Positions 18,965 through 28,410 of a stretch of 64,000 bases of DNA are shown in pieces. Source of the DNA: Candidatus Acidiferrales bacterium (GTDB lineage Bacteria; Desulfobacterota; Binatia; UBA9968); contig DATMAM010000036.1 of NCBI GenBank assembly GCA_035559995.1, forward strand, positions 38,305 through 102,304, read 5' to 3'. The translations under genes were made by a program, and so were the position numbers. The notes under the pieces were generated by a model that saw only the letters and a program-made list of their open reading frames with translations, was not told the origin of the DNA and made no database searches. The number at the start of each line of letters is the position of its first letter. The stretch's first letter is position 1.

Positions 18965-19405
18965 ATGAACAACGAGGACAAAACGATCTTGCTGGTGGAA
19001 GATAATCCGGACGATGTCGACCTGACCTTGCGCGCGCTCAAGCGCAACCACATCGCCAACGAGGTGGTCGTGGCGCGCGACGGGCTGGAAGCCCTGGACT
19101 ACCTTTTCGGCACGGGAAGCTACGCCGGGCGCGATCTCAGTCGAAAGCCGACGGTCGTGCTGCTGGATCTCAAGCTTCCGAAGATCGACGGGCTGGAGGT
19201 CCTGCGCCGCCTGCGCGGCGATGAGCGCACCAAACTCCTGCCGGTCGTGATTCTCACGACCTCGCGCGAACAACAAGACCTCCTCAACGGCTACAGCTCC
19301 GGCGCCAACAGTTACATCGTAAAGCCGGTCGACTTCGAGAAATTCGTCAATGCCGTCGGACAGCTGGGGCTCTACTGGATGCTGCTGAACGAGCCGCCGC
19401 CGTAG
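18965..19405 (+). CDS. single-domain response regulator (CheY-like receiver)
   Basis: KTILLVEDNPDD...VVLLDLKLPKIDGLEVLRRLR...ILTTS...GANSYIVKP. ATG 18965 is preceded by GAAGGA. No kinase gene is adjacent. Confidence 0.85.
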   Translation: MNNEDKTILLVEDNPDDVDLTLRALKRNHIANEVVVARDGLEALDYLFGTGSYAGRDLSRKPTVVLLDLKLPKIDGLEVLRRLRGDERTKLLPVVILTTSREQQDLLNGYSSGANSYIVKPVDFEKFVNAVGQLGLYWMLLNEPPP

Positions 19406-19843
19406 AGAAGTTCCGCGCCTCTGCTTTCCCTTCAAAGCGCCCCGCAGCCGCCGTAAAGCTCATCGCCGCCGCCGGGCCTCCGCCGCCCGCGCCGGGCGAT
19501 CTCGTCCCAAGCAAGTTTTGTTAGAAGGGTGGAGGGGCCATGCGCCCATACCCATCGTATCGGTCCTCGCGGTCGGTATCGCTACCGATCCCGGTGGCTA
19601 GCTGCTGCGCGCGAAGCCCAACTCCTTGAGTCGCCGAGTAGCGGCCGTGCGGGTCGGATATGGCTCGCTACGGCCTGCGGGCCTACTCGGGAGATCGGCC
19701 GCGCCGGTCGGGAAAGCGGGACTTGGATCCCAAACGTCGTGATTTGCAACCGTATTTTCTAGAGGAAAAGGAGCCTGCGGGTGAGATAGACATTTTGCAG
19801 GGGTTGGGCTAAAGGGAGTGGCGAATTCGCTTGCGGAGGGCCC

Positions 19844-21313
19844 ATGAATACCGGCTCGTACATAAACGGCAAGTGGTATCATCCCCAATCGGATCGCCTG
19901 GTGCGGAATCTCAATCCCGCCGATCCAGACGACGTCATCGCTGAATTTCCGTCGGCGACGCCCGAGGATGTGCGCGCGGCAATCGCGGCGGCGCGCGCGG
20001 CTTTCGCCGAGTGGAAAAGATGGCCGGCGCCGGAGCGCGGCCGCGTGCTCTGGCGCGCGGCGGATATCGCGCGCCGGAGAATCGACGAGATTGCGCTGAC
20101 GCTCACGCGCGAGGAAGGAAAGGTTCTCAAAGAGGCGAAGGGCGAGGTGCTCAAAGGCATCTCGCTTCTCGAGTTTTATGCCGGCGAGGGCTTTCGCATG
20201 CACGGCAAGACGCTGCCGTCGGAAGCGCGCGATACCTTCGCGTACACGATCCGCCGGCCGCTCGGCGTGGTCGGACTCATCGCGCCGTGGAATTTTCCCT
20301 GGGCGATTCCGGTTTGGAAGTCCGCGCCGGCCCTGGTCGCCGGCAACGCGGTCGTGTTCAAGCCCGCCGAGCTGACGCCGGCGACCGCATCGCTTTTGGC
20401 CGATATCTATCAAGAGGCCGGATTGCCGCCGGGAGTCTTCAATATGCTGGTCGGCCCCGGTTCCACAGTCGGCGAGGCGATCGTGAGCGCGCCCGAGGTG
20501 CGCGCCGTGTCGTTCACCGGCTCCAACGAGATCGGCGGCGCGCTGTACGTCAAAGCGGCCGCCCGCGGCGCGAAGGTTACTTGCGAAATGGGCGGAAAGA
20601 ACGCCGTGATCGTCATGCCCGACGCCGATCTGGACAAAGCGGCGGTCGCGATCCACGGCGGCGCGTTCGGATCGACCGGGCAGCGCTGCACCGCGACCTC
20701 CCGCGTCATCGCGCTGCCTTCGATCAAGGAAGCGCTGCTCGAGCGCATCGTCGAACGCGCCAGGGCGATCAAGGTCGGCCCCGGCCTGGACGAAGGCGTC
20801 GACATGGGGCCCGCGGTGGACGAAAAGCAGTGGCGCACCGACATGGATTACATCCAGCTCGGGCGGCAGGAGGGCGCGCGGCTCGTTTTGGGCGGAGCAA
20901 GGCCGAAGCATCTGGACAAGGGCTATTTCGTCGAGCCGACCATTTTTGATCGCGTCACTCCTGAGATGCGCATTTTCCGCGAGGAAATTTTCGGCCCGGT
21001 TCTTTCCGTGACGACCGCAAACAGTCTCGAAGAGGCGCTCGGGTTCGCCAACTCGGTCCAGTACGGGCTGACGACCTCGATCTTTACGCAAAACGTCGAC
21101 TCGATCATGCGCTTCATCGAGGAGGTCGAAGTGGGGATGGTGCATGTCAACGAGCCCACGATCGGCGGCGAAGCGCAGCTTCCTTTCGGCGGGACAAAAT
21201 CGACCGGCGTCGGCGAGCGCGAAATGGCCGAGGAGGGGTTGAATTTTTTCACCGAGCTGAAGACGGTTTTCTTGAATTACTCGGGAAGCGCGGAGCGATT
21301 GCTGACACGGTGA
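19844..21313 (+). CDS. NAD(P)-dependent aldehyde dehydrogenase family protein
   Basis: WNFP, catalytic region CEMGGKN, and the catalytic Cys in GQRCTATSR. 489 aa, with GGAGGG upstream. Confidence 0.9.
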   Translation: MNTGSYINGKWYHPQSDRLVRNLNPADPDDVIAEFPSATPEDVRAAIAAARAAFAEWKRWPAPERGRVLWRAADIARRRIDEIALTLTREEGKVLKEAKGEVLKGISLLEFYAGEGFRMHGKTLPSEARDTFAYTIRRPLGVVGLIAPWNFPWAIPVWKSAPALVAGNAVVFKPAELTPATASLLADIYQEAGLPPGVFNMLVGPGSTVGEAIVSAPEVRAVSFTGSNEIGGALYVKAAARGAKVTCEMGGKNAVIVMPDADLDKAAVAIHGGAFGSTGQRCTATSRVIALPSIKEALLERIVERARAIKVGPGLDEGVDMGPAVDEKQWRTDMDYIQLGRQEGARLVLGGARPKHLDKGYFVEPTIFDRVTPEMRIFREEIFGPVLSVTTANSLEEALGFANSVQYGLTTSIFTQNVDSIMRFIEEVEVGMVHVNEPTIGGEAQLPFGGTKSTGVGEREMAEEGLNFFTELKTVFLNYSGSAERLLTR

Positions 21314-21377
21314 GAAAAGCGTTGATCGGGGATGGAAGATAAAAGGCGCGTCTCGAGGAGGTCCGGCCAAAAGGCTG

Positions 21378-24300
21378 TCAAAGCGAAAGCTTGTACTGGA
21401 GATCGCCGCCCGCCAGCTCGACGTCAACCGCCTCGCCGATCCGAAGAAAGATCAGCCTGAAACTCTTTGGCCTCTTTCCCAGGCATCTGCGCGCCGCTTC
21501 CGAGTAGATGCGCGCCTGGTGATGGTACTCGCGCGCCTGGCGCAGGGCGGTTTCCTTTTTCACCCGGTCCGTCTTGTAATCCGCCAGATAGACTTCGCCG
21601 CCCTGTTCGTAAATCAGGTCGATCACCCCTTCCATGATTTGGCCTTCCCAGGGCATCACGAAAGGCGCCTCGCGCGCGACGATGCGCGCGGCGCAGAGGT
21701 CCTTGTAGATTCGTGAGGAGAAAAACTCGGCAAAGATCTCCTTGAGCTCCGCTAGAATCGCCTCCCGGTTCGCGCCAGGCTCGCCGTCGGGAAAGCGCCC
21801 GACGAACTCGGCGAGCCGGGCGTCGAGCGCCGGCGCGGGGAAAGAGAAATCCCACGCCTGCAAAAAGCGATGCGCCAAGCTGCCGATGATGAGCCCGCGG
21901 TCCGAGGGGGGCGCGGGCGCTTGGGCGGCGAAGCTTTCCGCCAGTTCGCGCTCTTCGAGTTTAAGCGCGCTCGGGCTGGTAAACAGGCGGCGGTCCAAGG
22001 CCCGAGCGTAAGCTTCTCTCCGTTTCCGCCACAGACGCGCGTAATGGTCCCAATCGGTCGCCGGCGGGCCGGCGGCGGCGCGGCCGGTGGTTCTGCGCGG
22101 CGGCGCAAGCGCGGCGCTGGCGATTTGCCGCTCGATCCGGCCGCTGCCGACGGCGAGCGGAAGCGCGCTCTCTGCGGAAAGCGGCTCGCCGGCGGCCTCC
22201 TCCAGCATGCGCAGGAACGCGCCGCTGGGTTTTTGTTTTTCCGGGCCGCACGAGAGCGCGAGATGCTCGCGGGCGCGCGTCATCGCGACGTAGAAAACCC
22301 TTTTTTGCTCCTCCAGAGAGCGCGCGCGATTTTTCTCGGCGAGATAGACCCCGGACAGGTTCCAGCGATCGCCGATCTTGATGCCGATCAAGTTCGAAGA
22401 CCAATCGTGTTGCACGGTGACGGGGGGCTCCCGGGTCTCGATCGGGGAATGGCAGCCCGGCAGGACGACGATCGGGAACTCCAGGCCTTTGGCCTTGTGG
22501 ACGCTCAGAACGCGAACCGCGTCGACGCCTTCTTCCGCCAGCGGGCTTTCGCCTTCCTCCCTCAGATCCAGGACGGCGCGATAGAGGCGCGCGGTCACCT
22601 CGCGCAGGCTCGCGGCGCCCTCGCCCGCCAGGCGCGCGGCGAGCAGCCGGACCTTCTCCAGGTTGGCGACCGCCTGCGCGCCGCGAAAGGAACGCGCCGC
22701 TAAAATCTCGATGGGGATGCGGGAAAAGATCAGGCTCACCGCCTCGCCGACGGGAAGCGCGCGCGCTTCGGCGTGGAGCGCTTGCAGCGTCGCGTACAGC
22801 TCCTTGAGGGACGGCTGCAAGCCCGGCGCGATCTTGCGGTAGTCGAGGAGGTTTGCGGCGTGAAGATCGTAGATCTCGGGGTCGGTCAGCCCGCCGACCG
22901 CCGAGCGGAGAACCGCGACGAGCGCGGCGCGATCGTAAGGGTCTGCAACGGCGCGAAGAAGATTGACCGCATCGACAACCTCCTGCGTGGCGTAAAAATG
23001 CCTCTCGCCCTCGACCACGTAGGGGATGCCGCGCCTCCTCAACGGCTCGAGGTACAGGTGAATGTCGGTGAGCTTCCGGAAGAGAAAAGCGACGTCCTTG
23101 GCCCGCGCCAGGACCGGCTCTCCGTGCCGGTCGAGAATCGTGGCTTTGCCAATGACTTCCTCGTCGAGCCAGCGCGCCAGATCTTCGGCCTCGAGCCGGC
23201 GCGCCAGATCCGCGTTCGCGGGTTCGCGAACGTCGACTCTGCGCAGGACCACTTTGCGAAAAGACGCTCCGGATGCGGGCCCTGGGTCGTTTTCGGCGGG
23301 ATGGATTTCGACATACGGCGGCTGCAGGCCCGGCCGCGCGACCATCAGCTTGCCGAACACGCCGTTTACGACGTCGAGGATGCCGCGATGGCTTCGAAAG
23401 TTCGTTTTCAGCTGATACTCGACGCCATCCTGGCGCGCGATGATTTGTTGCACGACGTGCAGATAAGCCTCGATGTCGGCGCGGCGAAACGCGTAAATCG
23501 ATTGCTTGGGATCGCCGACGATAAAAAGTTTGCCGCGCGCCAGTTTTACGTTCCGCCACGAGCGCGCGTTTTGCCCGAGCCGTTCGCCGAGATAGAGCAG
23601 GATCTCGTACTGGATGGGATCGGTGTCCTGAAACTCGTCGATCAGGATCGCTTTGAATTGCCGCTTGAGCTCTTCGCGAACCGCTGGGTGATCGCGCACC
23701 AGGTCGCGCGCCCGCGCCAGCAGCCCGTCAAAAGAGACAAATCCCTGCGCGACCAGCGCCTCGCGGCAGGCCCGGACCAGCGGAACGAGGAGAGCGGCCG
23801 CGCGGCGCACGAGATCGTCGTCGACTTGAAGGAGCCGGCGCGCCGTGCGGATGAGCTCTCTCGCCTGTTCGGTTTCGGACGGGGTCCACCCCTGGACCGC
23901 GCCGGCGTTCTTGGTCGCCAGGAAGTCTTTTTCCTCGGCCGAGAGGCCGCCGGCGAGCCGCCCGCGGGCGAGAAACTCGCGGATCACCCGGAGCGCCAGC
24001 TCCGCCAACGCGCCGATCTGGCGCGCGTCGCCCGCGTGCTTTTTTAGAAGCTCGCGGGCGGCTCTCTCAAGCCGCGCGAGCCACCGGCCAACGGTCGCGG
24101 GCGTTTCGGCTTCCCGGCCGAGTTGGCCGAGAGCGTCGAGCGGCACGGTTTCCGCGCTCAGCCGGTAAGCCAGCTCGCGCAGCTCCGCGAGCGCGATTTT
24201 TCTCAAAATCTCTTTCCATGTTTGCTTTTGCGGGCCGAGGCGGGAAAGCTCGCGGTCGAGCCAGAGCGACCATTGCTCCTCGAAAAGCCGCTCGAAGCGC

Positions 24301-24794
24301 GCGCCGTCGTCTTCCGTGAACTGCGGATCCAAGCCGGCCTCGATGGGATAGACTCGAAGCAACATCGCGGCGAAGCTATGGATCGTGCCGATCGCGCTGC
24401 GCTCGATGTTGCGGAGCGCCTCGCGCGCCAGGGTATCGATCTGCTCTTTGGTCCGCCGATAGCGCGCCATGAGGCCTTGAAGCTCGGTCTGGATTTTGTT
24501 CTCCGTTTCGCTTCCGGCCTCGCGGTTCAGGCGCGCGGCTAAAAATCCCTGCAGGCGCTCGCGCAGCCTGAGCTTCATCTCGTCGGCGGCCTTGTTGGTG
24601 AAAGTGAGCGCGACGATTTCGGTGATCTTGAGCGGCTCGGGCGAGCGCACGAGGAGGTGCACGAGACGGTCGACCAGGAGCGTGGTTTTTCCGGTTCCGG
24701 CGCCGGCCGTTACGACGACATTGCGGTCGAAGGTCGTCGCGGCCAGCTCGCGCTCCCGGCTGTCGCCGATCGTTTTCACGATCGTCTGCTTCAT
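21378..24794 (-). CDS. addA: UvrD/Rep-type helicase with C-terminal PD-(D/E)XK nuclease (AddA-like)
   Basis: Walker A GAGTGKTT near the N-terminus, IDEFQDTDP (motif II), and a C-terminal DLIY...YLADYKT nuclease motif. The start overlaps the addB stop (ATGA). Confidence 0.85.
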   Translation of the reverse strand: MKQTIVKTIGDSRERELAATTFDRNVVVTAGAGTGKTTLLVDRLVHLLVRSPEPLKITEIVALTFTNKAADEMKLRLRERLQGFLAARLNREAGSETENKIQTELQGLMARYRRTKEQIDTLAREALRNIERSAIGTIHSFAAMLLRVYPIEAGLDPQFTEDDGARFERLFEEQWSLWLDRELSRLGPQKQTWKEILRKIALAELRELAYRLSAETVPLDALGQLGREAETPATVGRWLARLERAARELLKKHAGDARQIGALAELALRVIREFLARGRLAGGLSAEEKDFLATKNAGAVQGWTPSETEQARELIRTARRLLQVDDDLVRRAAALLVPLVRACREALVAQGFVSFDGLLARARDLVRDHPAVREELKRQFKAILIDEFQDTDPIQYEILLYLGERLGQNARSWRNVKLARGKLFIVGDPKQSIYAFRRADIEAYLHVVQQIIARQDGVEYQLKTNFRSHRGILDVVNGVFGKLMVARPGLQPPYVEIHPAENDPGPASGASFRKVVLRRVDVREPANADLARRLEAEDLARWLDEEVIGKATILDRHGEPVLARAKDVAFLFRKLTDIHLYLEPLRRRGIPYVVEGERHFYATQEVVDAVNLLRAVADPYDRAALVAVLRSAVGGLTDPEIYDLHAANLLDYRKIAPGLQPSLKELYATLQALHAEARALPVGEAVSLIFSRIPIEILAARSFRGAQAVANLEKVRLLAARLAGEGAASLREVTARLYRAVLDLREEGESPLAEEGVDAVRVLSVHKAKGLEFPIVVLPGCHSPIETREPPVTVQHDWSSNLIGIKIGDRWNLSGVYLAEKNRARSLEEQKRVFYVAMTRAREHLALSCGPEKQKPSGAFLRMLEEAAGEPLSAESALPLAVGSGRIERQIASAALAPPRRTTGRAAAGPPATDWDHYARLWRKRREAYARALDRRLFTSPSALKLEERELAESFAAQAPAPPSDRGLIIGSLAHRFLQAWDFSFPAPALDARLAEFVGRFPDGEPGANREAILAELKEIFAEFFSSRIYKDLCAARIVAREAPFVMPWEGQIMEGVIDLIYEQGGEVYLADYKTDRVKKETALRQAREYHHQARIYSEAARRCLGKRPKSFRLIFLRIGEAVDVELAGGDLQYKLSL

Positions 24795-27700
24795 GACGGC
24801 GGGAAAGCCTCGTCTTCGTCGGCGGGCTCGGCGGACCCTTTTTTCCGCGCCAGCTCCCGGTGCGGCTTGGTTCGCGGGTCCGCTTCGGCGCGCCAGCGAG
24901 TCGGCAAATGGTCTTTTCTGCAGATCTCGGAGACCGCGCAGTAGCGGCAGTAAGCTCCCGGCTGGATAAAAAAGAGCCCTGCGGAGATCCCCGCCAGAAG
25001 AAGCGCGAGCGTCTGGCGAATCTGTTTTCCGCTCTCGCCCTCCCAGGCGCCGGCGGGAAATGGAGCGGCGGCGAACGGCCCTTCACGCCAGGAGGGAGCG
25101 AGGAAATAAAACCATGCTTCGATCTCGGGAGCGGGCCGGTTTTCGGCCGCTGCGGCGAGAAACGCTCGGGCCAGAAGGACGTAGATCGGCGGCTGCAGGC
25201 GCTGGCCGCGCGCGGCGGCGACAAGCAGGTCGCTGTCGGCCGGGGCCGGCGCCGCGCCCGTCTTGTACTTGTAGTCGATCACGCGGTAGCGGTTCGCCGC
25301 GACAAAGTCGATGCGATCGAGCTTTCCTTGGATGGGCAAACCGCCGAGAGGCGGCGGCCATTGCGGGTCCAGCCGCGCCGAACATTCCTTTTCGAGCGCG
25401 ATCGGGCGAGCCCCTTCGCGCCGGAGGCTGGCGAGATCGCGCTCGACGAAATGCGCGAGCAGCGCCATCAGGTTTTCGCGGAAGATCTCCCACGCCACGG
25501 CATAGCCGACGGGGTTTTCTCGCTCGTAGTCGGCGAACGTCTCCGCGGCGATCCGCTCCAAGAGCGGCTTGGGATCGACGCGCGATCCGCTCGAGGAGAA
25601 GAAATCGCGCCGCGTGAGCTCCGCGTAAAAGCGGTTCAAAACGGCATGGACGATTTTGCCCGCCTCCGAGGGCGCAAGCGCGGCCTCCGCTTCGGGCTCC
25701 TCGAGGCGCTCGAGACGCAGGATCTGGGTTGCGAAGAACTGAAACGGGCAGCGCGCGTAGGCTTCGAGCGCTGTCGGCGCGATGCCGCGCTCGCGCAGCA
25801 GGCGCCAGTAGGCGGCAAGGTGCGGCACGATCCCGTCGCGCGATCCCAGCCGGCTGGCGCCGGCTTCCAGCTCTTCGACGGCCCGCTGAGCGCGGCGAAA
25901 GAGCGCGGAGCCGGGAACGATGTTCTCGTACGCCGGGAGCGGATCTTCGCCGCGGAGGTTGAGATCGATGGCCAGCTCGCGCGGCGTGAGATACTCGCTC
26001 CGACAAAAAGGCTCGACGGCGCGCTTCTGCTCGAGCGCGCGCGGTATCGTAAGCTCCGACGGCGGGCCGTCTGCCACGGCCGGTAGCTCGTCGAGATACC
26101 ACGAGCGGCCGACCGGCGTGCCGGATTCGTCCGCGCGGCGGTAAAGACCGTAGAGGCGCTCCTGCGCGCCTTCGACGAGCAAAGTAAAGAGCAGCTTCTC
26201 CTCGTCAAAGGCGGCGAGCTTTTCGCCGATCTTGTAGCCCAGCACCTGCGCAAAAACCCGCCGCGCGCGATCGCGCAAAAACGCGTCCTCCCGGATCGTG
26301 CGTGGGAAAGCGCCCTCGTTGAGGCCGATCAGAAACAGGGCGCGGAACTTTAGCCCGCGAGCGCTCATCGCGTCCAGGACGCTCACGCCATCGGCGTTCG
26401 GATCGCTGAGCGGAAGAGAGGTGAGGTCGAGCCAGCGCTCGGCGGTGGCCGAGAACCGCTCTAGCGAGGTCCTCGGCGCGACGGCGTCGAGAGCGCCGAG
26501 GCGGTCGATCGTCTGAAACAGCTTGGCGTGCGCTTCGTGCTCGCGCGCGCTGGCCAGCGCCGGCATCCTCAGGTGCTTTTGTGCTAGCCGCTTCCACGAC
26601 CGGACGTAGCCGCTCCAGGAATCTTCGGGCGGCAGCGAGCCGAGATCGCGGTAAAGAGAAGAGAAAACCTCCCAGAGAACCCGGATTTGAGCGGCGGGAA
26701 TGCTTACCGCCCGCGCGCCTTCCTCTTCGGCAAAGTCGCCCGTGACGGCGAGGTCTCTCTGCAGAAAACTTTCCAGGCGGCGCCATTCCTCGAGCCCTTT
26801 CGTGACGCCGAGCCGGCGCGTGAGCACGTCCCACAGATCGGGACGCGGGAGAACGCCGCCCGAGCTGAAAAGGTCGAGATTGAAGTACGGCGAAGCGACA
26901 AGGTCGATGACTTGAGGCCGAGGGTAATCGCGCGCGGCGAGCCGAAGAAGCAGCGCGACCGCTTTGACGAACGGGAACCGGCTCAGCGGCTCCGCCGCGG
27001 AGGTGCGGATCGGGATCGAGTGCTCCTCAAAGATCTCCTTGATCGCCGGCTGGTAGGGATCCAGCGTGCGCGCGACGACGCCGATTTCCGAAAACGCGAT
27101 GTTTTCCTCCGCCGCGAGGCGAAGGATCTCTTTTGCCGTGACGGCCAGCTCGGCGCGCGCGTCCGCGCAGCTGATCACGGCGCACCGGAGGTCGCGCCCG
27201 CCCGCCGGCCGCCCGTTTCGAGAATCGACGAAAAGCGAAAGCGGCGCGCGCCGGCCGCCGGGATTTTTTCCCCGAGCCCCGGCGAGGAGGTCCGTGCTTC
27301 CTTCGTCGACAAAGCCGTGCACGTAACGTTCATAAAAATTTTGCGCGAACGCCCAGGCGGGGTGATTGACGACCACGGGGAAGAACAGGGTCGTGGGAAA
27401 ATGGCGCGCGACCGCGCGGAAGACATCCAGCTGCGCCTGAGTGAGGTCGTAAAAGCCGTAATAAAAGATCCGCGCAAATCCTCGCAGGAAAGCCGAGGAC
27501 GGCGCTTCGGCGGCCGCCCAGGCGTCGAGGTCGGAATAGTCGCGCATGCGCGCCAGCGCGCAGCGCGAGAGAAAATCTCGATACAGGGAAGCGAGCGCCG
27601 CGACCTTTTCGCCGTCCTCGCCGAAGTAGCCTTCGCGCGCCGCTTGCAGCGCCTGCGCCGGGTCGACGGTGCCGTCTTTGAGGTCGCGGAAGGTTTGCCA

Positions 27701-28063
27701 GAGCGCGGCACAGCCGCCGATTTTCTCCTCGAGGGCCGAAAAAGGCCGCGCCGCCGGGCCCTCCCGGCGCAGGATCTCGCGCAAGACCTCCTCCAGGCAC
27801 AGATCGTCCGCCAGGAATTCCGGGCGCCAGCCGTGGCGCTCTTGGTAGAGCTCGAGCGAGAGCTGATAAAACGTGAGGACGCGCAGGTTGAGGAGGCTGA
27901 GCGCGCGCTCGCGCGCGAGCAGAACCTTAAGGCGCCGCCGGAGCGAGTCGGACGGCACGACGATCAGGAGCGGCGAAATCGGGTCGCGCTTCTTGCGCCC
28001 GGCGATCTCGGCGACAAGCGCGTCCTCGAGCTCGGGATGAAACGGGCCTAGAAAAGCTTGCAT
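24791..28063 (-). CDS. addB: AddB-like helicase-nuclease subunit (inactive helicase fold plus Fe-S PD-(D/E)XK nuclease)
   Basis: 1090 aa with no intact Walker A. C-terminal RIDF...VIDYKY nuclease motif and the Cys cluster CPFQF...CRYCAVSEIC typical of the AddB iron staple. Translationally coupled to addA. Confidence 0.8.
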   Translation of the reverse strand: MQAFLGPFHPELEDALVAEIAGRKKRDPISPLLIVVPSDSLRRRLKVLLARERALSLLNLRVLTFYQLSLELYQERHGWRPEFLADDLCLEEVLREILRREGPAARPFSALEEKIGGCAALWQTFRDLKDGTVDPAQALQAAREGYFGEDGEKVAALASLYRDFLSRCALARMRDYSDLDAWAAAEAPSSAFLRGFARIFYYGFYDLTQAQLDVFRAVARHFPTTLFFPVVVNHPAWAFAQNFYERYVHGFVDEGSTDLLAGARGKNPGGRRAPLSLFVDSRNGRPAGGRDLRCAVISCADARAELAVTAKEILRLAAEENIAFSEIGVVARTLDPYQPAIKEIFEEHSIPIRTSAAEPLSRFPFVKAVALLLRLAARDYPRPQVIDLVASPYFNLDLFSSGGVLPRPDLWDVLTRRLGVTKGLEEWRRLESFLQRDLAVTGDFAEEEGARAVSIPAAQIRVLWEVFSSLYRDLGSLPPEDSWSGYVRSWKRLAQKHLRMPALASAREHEAHAKLFQTIDRLGALDAVAPRTSLERFSATAERWLDLTSLPLSDPNADGVSVLDAMSARGLKFRALFLIGLNEGAFPRTIREDAFLRDRARRVFAQVLGYKIGEKLAAFDEEKLLFTLLVEGAQERLYGLYRRADESGTPVGRSWYLDELPAVADGPPSELTIPRALEQKRAVEPFCRSEYLTPRELAIDLNLRGEDPLPAYENIVPGSALFRRAQRAVEELEAGASRLGSRDGIVPHLAAYWRLLRERGIAPTALEAYARCPFQFFATQILRLERLEEPEAEAALAPSEAGKIVHAVLNRFYAELTRRDFFSSSGSRVDPKPLLERIAAETFADYERENPVGYAVAWEIFRENLMALLAHFVERDLASLRREGARPIALEKECSARLDPQWPPPLGGLPIQGKLDRIDFVAANRYRVIDYKYKTGAAPAPADSDLLVAAARGQRLQPPIYVLLARAFLAAAAENRPAPEIEAWFYFLAPSWREGPFAAAPFPAGAWEGESGKQIRQTLALLLAGISAGLFFIQPGAYCRYCAVSEICRKDHLPTRWRAEADPRTKPHRELARKKGSAEPADEDEAFPPS

Positions 28064-28410
28064 GTCACACCTTCACTCTCGCCCGGGAGCTGCGAAAAAA
28101 ATGGCAGGCGCATCGCGACACAGCGATTCATGTGCCTCGGGTACAGCGCTGCGAATGGAAAAAATCTGCAGGATGGGTCGAGGCGCCTTGCGCCGATAGC
28201 CATCGCGTCCGCCTCCATGGTGGGTATCGCGGCTTGCCCTGAGTCTTCGCCTGTGCTCAGGACAGACTCCGTCGAACGGCTTGTCCTGCCAGACGATGAA
28301 AATCGGCCCTCACGGTGCCAATTTTCGTAGCAATCTCTCGGGGGAGGGGAGCGGGTGAAGTCGGCCAATGGCGTCAATTTTTGAACAACAACTATAAGAT
28401 CGAATGCGGG

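Noticed and set aside
19815-19835. Sigma-54-like TGGCGA-N6-TTGC element before the ALDH start
   Set aside because: The GG-to-GC spacing is 11 rather than 10 nt, and it sits only ~10 nt upstream of the ATG, overlapping the ribosome-binding region. It is part of the GCGAATTCGC palindrome instead.
19598-21427. 609-aa minus-strand ORF
   Set aside because: It is antisense to the aldehyde dehydrogenase gene, which has clear catalytic motifs. The composition is Arg/Pro-rich and no domain is recognisable.
28048-28377. ORFs 28048..28377 (minus, 109 aa) and 28058..28330 (plus, 90 aa) in the exonuclease-addB spacer
   Set aside because: They are mutually antisense, have odd composition, no motifs and no ribosome-binding site, and the minus-strand one overlaps the addB start. 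I treat the 347-nt spacer as non-coding and regulatory.
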